A program made the position numbers and the translations under genes. A stretch of DNA of 63,358 nt, filler included, from Octopus bimaculoides (lineage: Eukaryota), in assembly GCF_001194135.2 (NCBI RefSeq). It is 5 parts of 5 records of this genome, joined end to end, with 100 filler letters (N's around TTAATTAATTAA, not from the genome) between each part and the next. Parts side by side here need not be neighbours in the genome. Positions count along the whole stretch, not along the records: positions 60,251 to 63,358 come from NC_068986.1; 4 more parts are not named here. One strand, 5' to 3'. The notes under the pieces are model-generated. The model had not been told where the DNA came from. It saw nothing but the letters and a program-made list of their open reading frames with translations, and did not search any database. Positions 63,191 through 63,358 of this stretch are shown here, in pieces; positions within the stretch are counted from its first letter, which is position 1; the number at the start of each line of letters is the position of its first letter.

Positions 63191-63319
63191 GCCTGCAATG
63201 TTTAGCATCTGCTCTGCTTCATATATGTTCACATATATAATACATACATACATACATGCATACATACACACATACGTCTATACATATATATGTGTGTGTA
63301 TATATGTATATATATATAC

Positions 63320-63358
<39 letters not shown>

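Overview
Repeat-saturated eukaryotic DNA, AT-rich and very dense in microsatellites, with roughly a tenth of positions being N gaps. It is most likely cephalopod (octopus-like) intronic or intergenic sequence; this is inferred from the tRNA-derived SINE families and repeat landscape, not proven. No host protein-coding gene can be supported. Nearly all long ORFs in the track are artefacts of N runs or simple repeats. Real coding signal comes only from decayed mobile elements: one Ty3/Gypsy LTR element (gag-pol, PBS), Penelope-like elements (PLE) of at least two types (Neptune-like and Naiad-like), R4/Dong-like, CRE-like, CR1-like and RTE-like LINE fragments, a maT (DD37D) transposase fragment and three MITEs. 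At least five tRNA-derived SINE families are also present. The most interesting signal is non-coding: several type-I minimal hammerhead ribozyme (HHR) motifs. One is near-canonical (54718-54762). Another sits in the tail of a tRNA-headed SINE-like element that inserted into the Gypsy RT with a 14-bp target-site duplication and an inverted partial copy of its own HHR tail (11291-11689). That arrangement suggests a Pol III, ribozyme-bearing non-autonomous element mobilised by PLE machinery. Most element boundaries are approximate.
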